DNA of 63,393 nt, counting the filler, from Choristocarpus tenellus KU-1152 (taxonomy: Eukaryota > Protista > Phaeophyceae), in the NCBI GenBank assembly GCA_964200185.2. It is 12 parts of 12 records of this genome, joined end to end, with 100 filler letters (N's around TTAATTAATTAA, not from the genome) between each part and the next. Parts side by side here need not be neighbours in the genome. Positions count along the whole stretch, not along the records: positions 23,342 to 27,801 come from CAXNAD020014447.1; positions 27,902 to 30,575 come from CAXNAD020025753.1; positions 30,676 to 35,450 come from CAXNAD020013108.1; positions 35,551 to 41,641 come from CAXNAD020008960.1; 8 more parts are not named here. The stretch is one strand, 5' to 3'. The notes under the pieces are model-generated. The model was not told where the DNA came from, did no database searches, and saw only the letters and a list, made by a program, of their open reading frames with translations. Below, piece by piece: positions 27,268-39,477 of this stretch (within the stretch, counting starts at the first letter, position 1; every line of letters begins with the position of its first letter). The translations under genes were made by a program, and so were the position numbers.

Positions 27268-27410
27268 GAGTGAAAGTATTCTAGAGGGTACGAGTCTTGC
27301 CCTGTCTGTCCGTTGGGGCTTGACTTCCCACGGGTTATTTACGACATTTTACCTACTCCAAAGTGTATACGATATGGAAAGCCGTGTCGGATCAAGGATA
27401 TTGACACTAC
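27268..27410 (-). mobile_element. MITE family A, truncated copy
   Basis: Starts GAGTGAAAGTATTCTAGAGGGTACGAG and follows the family sequence for ~140 bp. Confidence 0.8.
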
Positions 27411-27968
27411 AACAACAACATGTTTCCCTTTCGAGCTGACTGGTTAGAAATCAAGGTTCAAGAAGTAGTCAAGGAAGTCCATCCACAATGTCCAGAGTGC
27501 ATGGCGAAGACAGAGAAGCCATGGACCTAGTTCTATAGCATTGTACAAGATACTACAAATTAAAGTATTTTGTAGCGCTTAGAGCAGCACTTAGTTGTAT
27601 TGTGTACGTACATTTATGGAAAGTAGGTAGGTTTGTTTTATATCGTTTTATCCGTATTCCAAATACCGTTATGCCGATTGATGTTATTTTCTGAGAACTC
27701 TGGTTCAATTGTGTCGAGCATATTCGTATAACCTCAACACCTTTGCGGTGGAAAGTTTTGGGTGCCTCGGCAAGCAAGCGGAATGCTTCCTGGATGAGCT
27801 GNNNNNNNNNNNNNNNNNNNNNNNNNNNNNNNNNNNNNNNNNNNNTTAATTAATTAANNNNNNNNNNNNNNNNNNNNNNNNNNNNNNNNNNNNNNNNNNN
27901 NCTCGTGGTGTTGGCTTGAGAATTCATATTTACTGTTACCATACTCCTTTGCATAGTCTGTATATCAT

Positions 27969-28227
27969 GAGCCAAAGTATCTTAGAGGGTAGAGGCGAGT
28001 CCATTTGGGAGGCAAAATCCAATGTTGCGATTTTGATGTAATTTTGACTATCGTGTTTGTTAGGACATGTCAATATCCATGTTCTGGACACACCTTTTCA
28101 TAACCTATACATTTTACCTACTTGAAAACATTCTGGAGTAGGAAAATGTTATAAAAAACCCCATGGGAAGCCAAGCCCCAAATGGACAAACAGGGCAAAA
28201 CTCGTACCCTCTAAGATACTTTCACTC
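27969..28227 (+). mobile_element. MITE family A, complete copy
   Basis: Both TIRs present, flanked by TCAT on each side. Confidence 0.92.
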
Positions 28228-29559
28228 TCATGCATTGCCGTCATGTCGTAACCTATCGTTTCAGTAAAGAGATTATCATGTGTATGTGTGGAACAGATCA
28301 TTGCCAAATTTGTGTTTGTTTAATTGGTTGTTCATGTACTTATTTTTAAGACTAGTGCCCCTTGGCCAGATCTTGTGGTACCCACATACTATAACCCTTT
28401 ACATAGGTTGTCAATCTAGTTTAGACAAATTTTTTGAGTGTCATTTTGTCATAGATGGGTATAGTCTATCGTTTTGTGGCAAGGTGAGATAACTAGTAAC
28501 AGATTTCAATTAACCTGTTCACGTCCAGCTCTGACTGGACATCTCGTGTTTACCAGGTTTATCAATCCTTGCAAATAGACTATACATAAATGTTGGTGGA
28601 TTTAGATAAATTAATGTACAATTAATTTTATCTCTCAACTCTCCGCGTTTGCATGAGTGGACAGATGCAGTGGTGAAGAGACCGTATCACTGGGCACATT
28701 AATATATTAGCACGTGTGTGCTAAAGGTGGCTGCTCATTACATCATGTCACACTTTCATGAAATGGATTTATTGATCATCCTGAAATAACTAACCCCACC
28801 CTAAGACAGAAAAAAATAATAATTGAAGATTGAAGTCTACCACCAGGTAAGAGATGGAGACTTCGGGTGAGTCACACATTCATTTATTTGCTTATCTTGT
28901 ATGGCATGATCCCCCCGACATGATGTAATGACTTTACAGTCACCTCGTATCGTTTTAGGAGAGTTGAGCCACCAACATCATACGTCCAAGTTGTCCACTT
29001 GGAATATTGTAGTCGTGAACAATATTCCAATCGAAGTCAGAATTGAGGAAGGAGAATGGAAGCACACATTTGATCTCTTCTTTTGCTGTGTTGATTTGAT
29101 TGTGTAACACGCTATGTTGTTAACATTTTCACACATCAGAGTGGTGACCAAATCACCGTATAACACCTGTGTAGCAATGTCGAATGACAAACACTAGTCA
29201 AATCGTTTGTTGACATCGTATATAGTGTTTGATCCTCGTATCCCCATTCTGAATGTATCCTCTGTTTTATGCTAGCCACAAATACCTCTCGCCTTGTCTT
29301 TAGGCTGATTGATATACTAATCCCATACTCTCAGACCTCTTAAGCTTGACTGTGCTGACCACTCACCATCAACCTTAGGCTAATGTTATCCTGATCAGAT
29401 ATTCATTATGTGCCTCGTTTATATATTACACTTCATTTTGTATTAATGGAGTTGTGTAATACAATGGTGCAATAGTATACTAACAGTCACACATGTTTCC
29501 CATTTCGCTCCCAGTGCTCACCTTTTGGTTGAACTTGAATCATGTTTAAATGGCTTCAA

Positions 29560-29975
29560 GGCCAATCAGAAAGGGGGGTGATGTGGAAAGCATGGTTGTC
29601 TGTTGTTATACTGTTATTGCCGTATGCCATATACCATTATACCGTTGTACCAATTGAGGTTCCTTGTCAAGCATCCATGATTCCACTGGTGGACCTTCCG
29701 TCAGAATGAAACCATGGAATCTCTTCACGAGACCAACCTCACAGACTTGGGACAGCTCGTCATTCAGAGTTGTCACACATGGAAGATCCACTTTGTTCTA
29801 ACGTCTTGACTTGAAGTGATGAAGCCCTTCTTTGAAGATGCTCATGAATCCTCATTTTTTGCACTTGTCCAACCTTAACCTCGTACCCTCGGTTACGGTT
29901 CGTCTTTAGTCTGTCTGGTCCGTCTTGCCCGGTGATTCTCTTCACCACCCTTGCCTGAGTGAACCATGCCACCAC
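29560..29975 (-). pseudogene. Retroviral-like (rve) integrase fragment, possibly Polinton/Maverick type
   Basis: PDRLKTNRNRGYE ... LNDELSQVCEVGLVKRFHG ... WMLDKEPQLVQRYNGIWHTAI resembles P..lqtD.G.EF / ERFNRT / W.d.l..lv..YN...H..i. Frameshifted and degenerate. Confidence 0.4.
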
Positions 29976-30899
29976 AGAATCACACTATTCACATAATAGT
30001 TGCCTTCTATTGATGTCTACAGAGTATATTGATATATTCCTATTTTTGACCACGTTGTGTTCATTATTTGGGTGGATAGGGTATTTAATGATTGACGAAA
30101 ATATTAAAAAAATATGTACAGCATCAACTTCACATGCGTACACGTCTCCTAACATTTTCGTTGCACCTACATATGATGGACTACTCCGGATATTTTCTTC
30201 ATGATTTCCTACAAAAAAGGTCCAGTGATGATTAGAGATACTACTACCTGTATGTACACACAACTTCATCTTCAAATTTTGTGCACTTTTCCCTCATGAA
30301 GTGACTGATGACCAAACAAATCGGACAGTTAGCCTACTACTAATAATACATGAACTGGACATGGACCGGACATGGCAGCAAAAAAAGTTAGACTGGCCAA
30401 TAGACATGGTCTGGACATATTGGAGAATTGTAGCCCTGGTTCAGGCTGCGGACAATCTCTGGACATGCTAGAGAACATTAGAGCTGGTTCAGCCTGTGGA
30501 CATGGACCGGTAAAACATTTAGTGGGGATGGTCCGAACTTGCCAGAGAATATTAGACTCGATCTGTTTTGGGGGGNNNNNNNNNNNNNNNNNNNNNNNNN
30601 NNNNNNNNNNNNNNNNNNNTTAATTAATTAANNNNNNNNNNNNNNNNNNNNNNNNNNNNNNNNNNNNNNNNNNNNCCCCCTCCCAGATACTGTGGGTCAA
30701 GAATAAAACATATGCAGCACCACCCCAGGGCTACCAAAACCATCAGAACTGAAACTTCTGAATCACTGCAGGCATCCACCTTGCTCCAGACCTCAATAGT
30801 TTTGTAACTCTCTGGGCACCAACAGAAACAGATTATTTTGTCAATGTAAACAAGACAGGGGTGACTGAGAGCACGGGCTTACAGACTCTAGCAGCACAC

Positions 30900-32310
30900 C
30901 TGAGTGACCTGGAAGACTAAAAGGTTATGTGACTTCTAAAATCCTGGTCTCTTCCTCACCGTTTGGGTTGCCTGATGAGGTTTCACTCCCCTGTGCCTGG
31001 CAGGCCCCGCCATGGAGCTAGCAGATAACACCTCCTTGTTGACTTGGGAGAAGATCATCGAGGTGACTGATTCGATCGAGGCAATGTAGTTCTTTAATGG
31101 GGTATGGGACAATTGTGCCTCTCTGCCTATTAGTACACCAGCAAGTGCAAGCTCAGATGCCCACAAATTCAAGGGTCTAGGCCAGTCCTCAGATGCCCAC
31201 CAACACGCAGCTTTTGTGTGGTTGTTTTTGGCCACTCTCAACTCCTATGACCAGGCAACAAGGGCTCCATGGAGAAGGCCTTACACGGGTCATTTGTACA
31301 AACCCTATAGCTCAGGTCGTGGGGATCATTGATCCATGCCATCATCTCATCAGGAGTCCACCTGGAGAACCTGACAAGGGTTATTGGTCAAGGCTGGGTT
31401 AACTCAGCAGGTATTACTTATTTGTTTCAGTGCTAAGGGCACACACCTTGGCAGCTCGTGATGCCAGGGTAACAAGGAGGGCCCAGCATGGCATCACATA
31501 TCTGCTCAACAGGATCCCCTCGATTCCTTCAGGACATGACTAGCCAACCTTCCAGCAGATTTAGAGGAGTAGGGGAGGCAAAGTTCTTTGATGCATCTAT
31601 CCTACCACAGCAGTCAGTGTGGGCAAGGGGCTAATGCATGGGCCATCACACAACCCCTGGAACCAGGATGCCAAATTCTTCCTGTGAAGTATAGCCTAAC
31701 TCTCAGCAGGTCTCTGGGGAGAGAGGAAGTATTTTCGAACGTTTGCCTGGTGATCAGGTGCAGAATGTTGACACTCCATGCGCAAACACCTGTTGTAGGG
31801 TGGGAGAACAAGTACACAAGCAAACACCAATAGTGAAATAGTTAGACCAAATCTATAGGTGAATGGACATCCCTTACACACTGTAGGATGGAATGAGCCT
31901 GTTCATGGTGCTCAGGAACCTCTGCATGGGTGCCATGTTCCATACTGCTGGGGCACTGTCAGAGGCTAACAGGGCTTTATCAGGACAAATTCCTTCTTTG
32001 TAGGGATCTAGGCAGCTTGCCACGTGATCAACGCATCCATCCACCAGCAATGGTGCTACTGCTGCAGTAGCTGAGTCACAAAACGCAAACTACGAGGATC
32101 TTTTGACCCTCATAACGATCTACTCAACAGCTTCACGGTGGGAATTTTGTGTTCCTATGTACCCAGGCAGAAGGTTTCCTCAGCAAGGTGGACGCACCTG
32201 TGGTGGGGTGGATAGGGACTACGGGTTACAGTTGGAAAGGGACTGTCAAGACTTGTTTGAAACAGTCCCGAGGTAGGCTCTCCAGCCATATCATAAATTC
32301 AACCTGGAGA
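30900..32310 (+). mobile_element. Highly decayed CRE-like non-LTR retrotransposon (RT plus RLE remnants)
   Basis: AQQDPL-like RT motif at ~31504. The 3' region 32040-32310 is similar to the fragment at 60-340. Confidence 0.45.
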
Positions 32311-35300
32311 AAAAAAAAATGGGAAGCAATAACACCACAAATGACATTATTGTGGGGATACTTAGTACAGATTAACAAGAAAGATATGTTGGAAATGACA
32401 ATGTTGTCCCAAAAAAGTTCTTGTTTTCATAATTTGCTTGTGATTTGTCCCTCCAGGAAAATGACAGTGGACATAATACAACATTCCAGAGTATATATCT
32501 TATGGTGTAAATCTTCCAGGTTTCATGATTGGAATGCACAAGTTTGAAACTGTTTGATATCATCTATCCTTAACACAGTGGGGGGTTTCTGACAATTTTC
32601 TTCCCTTCTTTTTGCACTACATTTACTTTTCTTCCATATTACTGTACTTGTTATAAGTATACATAGCATGCGTCATTTTGGAGTTGAGAATAAAATTGTT
32701 TGACCCCTAAGTGTGCCGTTTTCTTGTCTAATCACATTGAATTCTTTTTGAAGAAGTCAGAACAAAATGCGGCGTATAAAATGCCTTGATCAAACTCTTG
32801 AATATAAGTGAAATATATCTACCTACACGAGTTTGGGACTTACATCATATTATTATCCCTCTTACCACATTTTGTAAGTGTGTCAGGGAAAAAGACATAA
32901 TATCAATTCTGTACCGTTTCCACATAATATTTGTAGAACAATGTACTAACATACTAATAATTGGTGTGTACACAGGTCCACTGACATATACCAATTTGCT
33001 TTGCATGCGTTTTATTCTAATGCGAACCCTGCATGTTTATTATTATGCCCTTTGACATTTTGCAGATGTGTAAGGAGGAAAACAAATGAAACTATACGTA
33101 TGTCGTTATTAGCCCTAAAGAAATGAAACATCCTAAACGTGAGAACACTATAAAGCACTGTAACATAATATTCTCGTTAAGGTCTGTCCATATTGTCCCA
33201 ACATCTTAGAATAATGGTTGACTTGTCCATTTTTTTCTCCATACCATCTTGTCGATTTAGCGCCATTTCCTCATCACTATTTCTCAAATAATGTGCATTG
33301 TGTATTGGGCCTCTCAGACTTTAAATATGAAGAGGAGTAAAACAAAAAAAGTCCATGGAAACAATATTATATCTTATTATGCCCTCTGACATTTTGTACT
33401 AATATTATCCAACGAAATCTAGTTTTAGTACACCATATAATAGGTGCAAGTAAAATGATAAATCGTCGTAGTAAGAGTTTATTGCGACCAGCAAGTATCT
33501 CCACAAGATTCGAGGGAGGAGGGAGCTGAGTGAACGGTGGTATCGTTGAGCCTAATGCAGGAGAATAAATTAAGTCACAGACAGGGCAGTGGGATTAGTT
33601 GTATTGGAACAGTTCGAAATTTGTATCGATTTGCGTGGGTGCCTTCCAACCACCGCTCAGGACTTAGGTGGAAGTTAGGTTCGAGGAAGTGATCCCTGGT
33701 CCCAGACTAAACTACGTAAAATATGTTAGTATAGTGCTATGAACACAAACATTAGCACCACTACAAAAAAAATACTACTACTGAATAATTAGCAATACAA
33801 GGTATCAATAACGGTAACCATTAATTGAAACAAATAAGAGTGATAGTAGTAACTATAAAAGAAATAATAGAAAAAATATATTGGCAATAATACACACGTT
33901 GGACAACATCTTTTTTTTTTATCCATAATGTTAACTGCACTTCTTATTATGTCAAAGCAATGCACCAAATACTTGTGTATATTGCGAGCATTACACTTTG
34001 TTATATATAATTTGGTGTAGTGATTCGGGCACTACATCAGTCTCTTGTATGCTTTCGTCTCCGCAGTTTTGGGGAAAACATAGTGTTAGACCGTTTTCTT
34101 GTCCAAATTGTGTAATGTTTGCCGCATCCAACAAAATCAATAAATAACCTAATTTTCACTTTTTTTGTTTTTGTTGTTGATAGACACGAACCGATAGGTA
34201 TACGCAACTCACTGCTCTCTAACCTTTAGTCTAACCATTGCGCGAAATATTGTTGCGCACCTTAGATAATGAAGCTTTCATAACACCATGTTAACACTTC
34301 GTGTTTACAACTTCATTAGATCTTACGTACGTGACATATTATGTATGTTTTGGACCGGAGTGTTAAAAGCATTATACAATATTTTTTTTTGGGGGGGGGC
34401 TGGATTGTTACAAGCATTACTTGCATTGTGTTGTGTGTATGTTATTGACTGGGGGGATTTGGACACTATGTATGTATTGTCTCCAACAGTAATATTGTCA
34501 GGAACAGATTCCTCCTATATTTTTTAGGATTTCCTTGATATTGACAAGACAGGCCGCGTGCAGACATCTTCCTTTGTGTTTTTTCGAGTGAAATTGAGGG
34601 TCAGACGCTCGGCCAGTCAAGAAGGTGCCCATAAACTGTTTTGTGAAAGAAAATTATGTAAGGAACAGTCAGTTATGGAAGAGCGTAAGATTGTATTCTA
34701 CAGGATAAATAGAAGCATGGGTTAATCAAGTAGAGAAAATAACTCAGGAATAGGAGATGTTTTAGCAAGAAATAATGTGCGATGAGCGATTAGTGACTAG
34801 TTATCAACGAAATGGTTGTAGGAAGTGATTGCTGGCAATGGCCCTAGAGAAGGAGGCTCACTCCTTTCTCCCTTCTCCGTTCTGTTTCACCTTCACCCCC
34901 ATCTTTTCCAGCCCAGTAAGGAGAAACTTATCAATACATTTACATGCACAAATCTTGGGAGACAACAGCTTTTACATGATCTGCTCGAGGTGAACTGGGC
35001 ACCTGGACATGATCCATGTGCTAATTTTGTTGCGAATATTATATATTATTTCTTCTTTTTCTTCTTCGGACATTAGTCTCAGGGATCTTAAACCCCTGTG
35101 CAAAGGTAGAAGAAAGTACTGGAGAACGCTTGAGAGAACAGGACATACATGTAGCAGAAAGAAAGATTGGAGCGAAAGAAGAGAAGTACAACTCCTCGGT
35201 GTAGCAACAAAGTTTTGACAATGAACCCACCAGGCGATACGCATTAACACCCAATACTTCCGACCATGAGTACTGTCGTCGCACATCTCTAAGTCCTTTA

Positions 35301-35614
35301 GGAGGAGGGGAAAATATGAAGAAAAGTATCTGGGGGGGGGGTCGGCGTCCGTTTTTCACCCTTTTTTCGATTTTCACTTTTTTGGTGTGATTTGGTCGCA
35401 GGTATAGGATTTGAAATGTCAGACAAAAAAAAAGGTGCTTGACTTAAACGNNNNNNNNNNNNNNNNNNNNNNNNNNNNNNNNNNNNNNNNNNNNTTAATT
35501 AATTAANNNNNNNNNNNNNNNNNNNNNNNNNNNNNNNNNNNNNNNNNNNNGGCAACATTGGATTGTGGCCCCCAAATGGACGTGGCTCTACCCTCTAAAA
35601 TACTTTGGCTCAAA

Positions 35615-37030
35615 CTTAATGTTCATGATTCATCAATGACGCTGGGGTTCAAACAGTCAAGAGCTGACCCTTGCATGTTGAGAAGTGAGGTTATGAAAGA
35701 CCGTGGATGGGGAATCGGAAACAACAGTTAACATACATGTCAAGGAAATCGTGGTGGGCAGTAGGGGAACTAGTGCAATGAAGCAGTTCATGAGAGATCT
35801 GAGCACAAAGTTCACGATTAAGGATCTTGGGGGAGTGAGCTTCTACATGTGCTGTCACACCATCTACCTTGAACACAAGAAGAAGGGACCAAGAATGGAC
35901 CAGGATACCTACTGCTAAACTATCGCAAGAAGATTTGACACCACCTAGACCAACATGGTTCTGGCGTCACAGGGAACAACACTATCGACAAAGGATTGCT
36001 GGACTCCATGGACCAGAAGCAAGCAATGGAGAAATACCCTACTGGAAGTGGTGGGGGGGCTGATGTGGGCGTCTATCATGACTTGACCAGACACCACAGA
36101 CTAGGTACGGTCAGTGACAAAAGAGTGAAAGTATCTTAGAGGGTACGATTTTTGCCCTGTTTGTCCATTTGGGGCTTGGCTTCCCATGGGTTCTTTTATG
36201 ACATTTTTCTACTCCAAAGTGATTAGGAGTAGGTAAAGTGTATATCTTATGAAACGGTGTGTCCGAAACACGGAGAGTGAAAGTATCTTAGAGGGTATGA
36301 GTTTGGTCCTGTTCGTCCATTTGGGGCTTGGCATTCCATGATTTTTAATCAGTCAAAGTATCTTAGAGGGCAAAGCCTCGTCCATTTGGGGTCAAAATCC
36401 ATTGTTCTGATTTTGATGAATTTTGGCTATCGTGTTTGCTAGGAAGTGTCTATATCCTTGTTACAGATAGACCTATTAATAACGTACACATTTTGACCTA
36501 CTCCGAAATGTTTCGGAGTAGGAACATGTCATGAAAAAAACGTGGGAAGTCAAATCTCAAATGGACAAACAGGGCAAAACTCGTACCCTCTAAGATACTT
36601 CAACATAATGACATTCTTCTACTGCAAAGTGTTTCGGAGTAGGTAAAATGTATACGTTATGAGAAGGTGTGTCCGGAACAAGGATATTGATACTTCTAAC
36701 AAACACAATGGCCAAAATTACATCAAAATCGCAAAATTGGATTTTGGTCCCCAAATGGACACGGCCCTACCCTCTAAGATACTTTGGCTCTTCCTGCAAC
36801 AAGTGCAATGGTCCATGGTGCCAAAACTGAGAGATTACACAATCAAAGTGTATGAAGACAACGAGAGGGCAATTAAACTGAGTACTAATCGTGTTAGCAG
36901 TAATCGTACCAAACATGTAGGTGTGAGGTATCACTTCATTCGTGGGCTGGTGCAGGATGAAATAATCAGTATCGAACAAATCAGAACCGAAGAACGGAGT
37001 GCAGATATAAATGGAAAAATTGCTTGATGT
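35615..37030 (+). mobile_element. Decayed Ty1/Copia RT-RNase H interrupted by nested MITEs
   Basis: GFKQSRADPCMLR, FTIKDLGGVSFYMC, LMWASIMT, then VYEDNERAIKLSTNRVSSNRTKHVGVRYHFIR...ADI. Confidence 0.85.
36123..36790. mobile_element. Three nested MITE family A copies (starts 36123, 36275, 36350)
   Basis: The half copy from 36123 is interrupted at 36275 by a second copy. That copy is split by an opposite-orientation copy at 36350-36604 and resumes to its TIR at 36790. Confidence 0.88.
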
Positions 37031-37460
37031 AAAGCATTTGCATCATCAGGTCAGTGTGATGATGAACGAGAAATATACTAGAGCATGTTACGGAGGCTAA
37101 GTGTAGGAATGCTGGAAAGGGGCTGGATAAGTAATAAATATTTATGGGGGAGCTGACTTGGGCATAGTTGAGATTAGTGTGGGTTTCAGTGAACCAAGGA
37201 CCAGAACATATATATTCTGATTGGTTGGCAAGTCGTTGGGGGTATTGGCATGGTGAGTGGGGGTGATAATAGCTGCACCATACCAAAGTGCCCAGAGTAT
37301 GTTCAGTAATATGTGGCAGAATACAAGGAATTGCATTCGGTAGTTTCAGGTGAAACAATACGCTCTAGAAGGAAAGCCTCTACATCTCTAGAAGCAATTT
37401 TAATGTAGTCGAGGAGGACAAAACGTTCTGGAGATAGTGTTATTGTACACGTCTGGTGAT

Positions 37461-37492
<32 letters not shown>

Positions 37493-37697
37493 CCTCACAC
37501 GCTTTCACTTCTAAATTTCTATCAAGGACCAAGTCCTTCTATACGGAGTTTGATCTACAAGTCCAAAAGTGTGCAAGTAGTAAAAGAAATAGCTAAATAT
37601 TTTTCAAGACATGCCCAACAAAGTTAGAGCTGATTCTCACTGCCTGAACGGAAGCAACAAACCCTCTGCTAACGTTCTCTTTTTTCTTTTTCCTCAC

Positions 37698-38760
37698 CAG
37701 CGGAACAATTTGTCCTCCACGTCCCGATGGTTAGGGTCTCGAACAAACACCACGAAATCTGGGTATACAATGCATCCCTGCCCATCCAGATCTTTCAAAG
37801 TATTAGAGGAGCAGGATTGAGGAACATATTAGGGGTGTTCAGGCAGAAGAGCTGGACTATTTTTGGGGCTCAGAAATGAAGGATGATAGCAAAGGATGCA
37901 GCAACAGGACAAGGAAGTTGTGGTATATAATGTGAACTTTCCTTCAGTAGGTGAATCACTACAAGAGTTCGTTGATTTGTTGAGCCATTTCAAATTCCAA
38001 GGGGTCAGTAAGATTAACTTTCTTAGGACCCAGGAACTTGAAAGATGGGCCCATTCTCCAGTACAGCTTAAGGCTCAAACCATGTGAGGGGGTGGGGAGG
38101 GATGAGGTGGATCTCACCCATGCGGAGGAAGAGAGACCGCTCCTGCTCAGGGCTCAGGTGCAATCCTAATCGTTGTAGCCCAGAAGATAGATCAGCTGCT
38201 GAAAACCTTCCTTTCCGCTTGTTGTCAAAGTGAAGGTACGCCTGTGCAAGGATTGGTAAAACATTTATTTTGTTTTGGAGATTGAGGACAGTGGATGTGT
38301 GGGTGACCCTGATCATGAGAATTAAAGGGCTAGAGCTTCATCCTCCCTGTGGGAAAAGAGCTGGGGCTTAATTGAGTTAACGTCAAGTTGATACAATTGT
38401 GTCAACACTGGGAGCAAATTGGATCACCCCTTTGGTAGTTGAGAGTTTGGTTTCTGGGTAGGTGGCCTGATTATGCTGTTGCTGTTTTGACACTGCTGAA
38501 AGTCAGTAAATTGTGGTGTGGCTATCAGCGACCAGGACCAAGACATTAGAAGTTTCGAGAAGAACACGTTTCATTTTTTTGAAGCTCTAGTTTAGTCGCT
38601 AAACTGGAGTCATGAAAAAAAGAAGAGTGAGTATTATTGCCTTTCGAAGACCCCCAGGTGCCCAGAAGTCGAAGCGCCTGCGAATCATCTGGCGGAGCTT
38701 TTCTTCCCCATCAACACTCTTCAATGCAGAACCAGGCACATTGGGTCCATCGTGATCCCC
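37698..38760 (-). CDS. EF-hand calcium-binding protein, internal exons (~38760-38641, 38241-38118, 37791-37698)
   Basis: Spliced peptide ...EEKLRQMIRRRFDFWAPGGLRK|AYLHFDNKRKGRFSAADLSSGLQRLGLHLSPEQERSLFLRM|DLDGQGCIVYPDFVVFVRDPNH..., a paired EF-hand. Phases are compatible. The 5' boundary of the first exon is uncertain. Confidence 0.8.
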
Positions 38761-39477
38761 CAAAACAGAATACACAGCAGGGGTAACAATCACAGTAGGT
38801 GAACAGGAGGGAAGGGGATGGGTTACTCTTGCATTGAATCCTAGGTGCTTACATACACACTTTCAAATATGTCTACTTTTCCATAACATGCTACCTGACT
38901 AGCATTCCACGAGATGTTCGTATGATGTATGCCTCATTGAGGGGTAGGCATGTATGACTGCCTGATTCTGACCAATGTACAACATTGTAGCTCTCAAATA
39001 ATGAAATAATTATTGTTGTGCCTGGAATGGAATTTGAAGGCAAAGCACACATACACAAAAGGAGGACCCAGTGGTCGAAACTGGAGTTGAGATAGAGGGT
39101 GGAGGGGTTGGGGGGCTTAAATAACCAAGACATTAGATGCAATCCCTCAGGTGGACCTACAGAAGAGCAATTATGATATTAAGCATGGGATCCAGGCATC
39201 AATGATGAAGTTTTATGCTTCATAATGCTTGTCATCACCATGTATCACCCCTCACAAAAGTTAATCATTGAAGGAAAGCATTACATTTTGAAATGGGAAT
39301 CTGGACGCATTGAAAAAACTCTCTTGAAAATATTTTTTTATACTTCTTGTCCATGTTCTCATCTATCTGCATATACACTCCCAATGTATAGATACGATTT
39401 GAAAGCCAACAACTTCGGCTTGCACATAGATATGTTCTAAATATTTTTTCATTCCGAAATGGTTGAGAAACCGGTCT

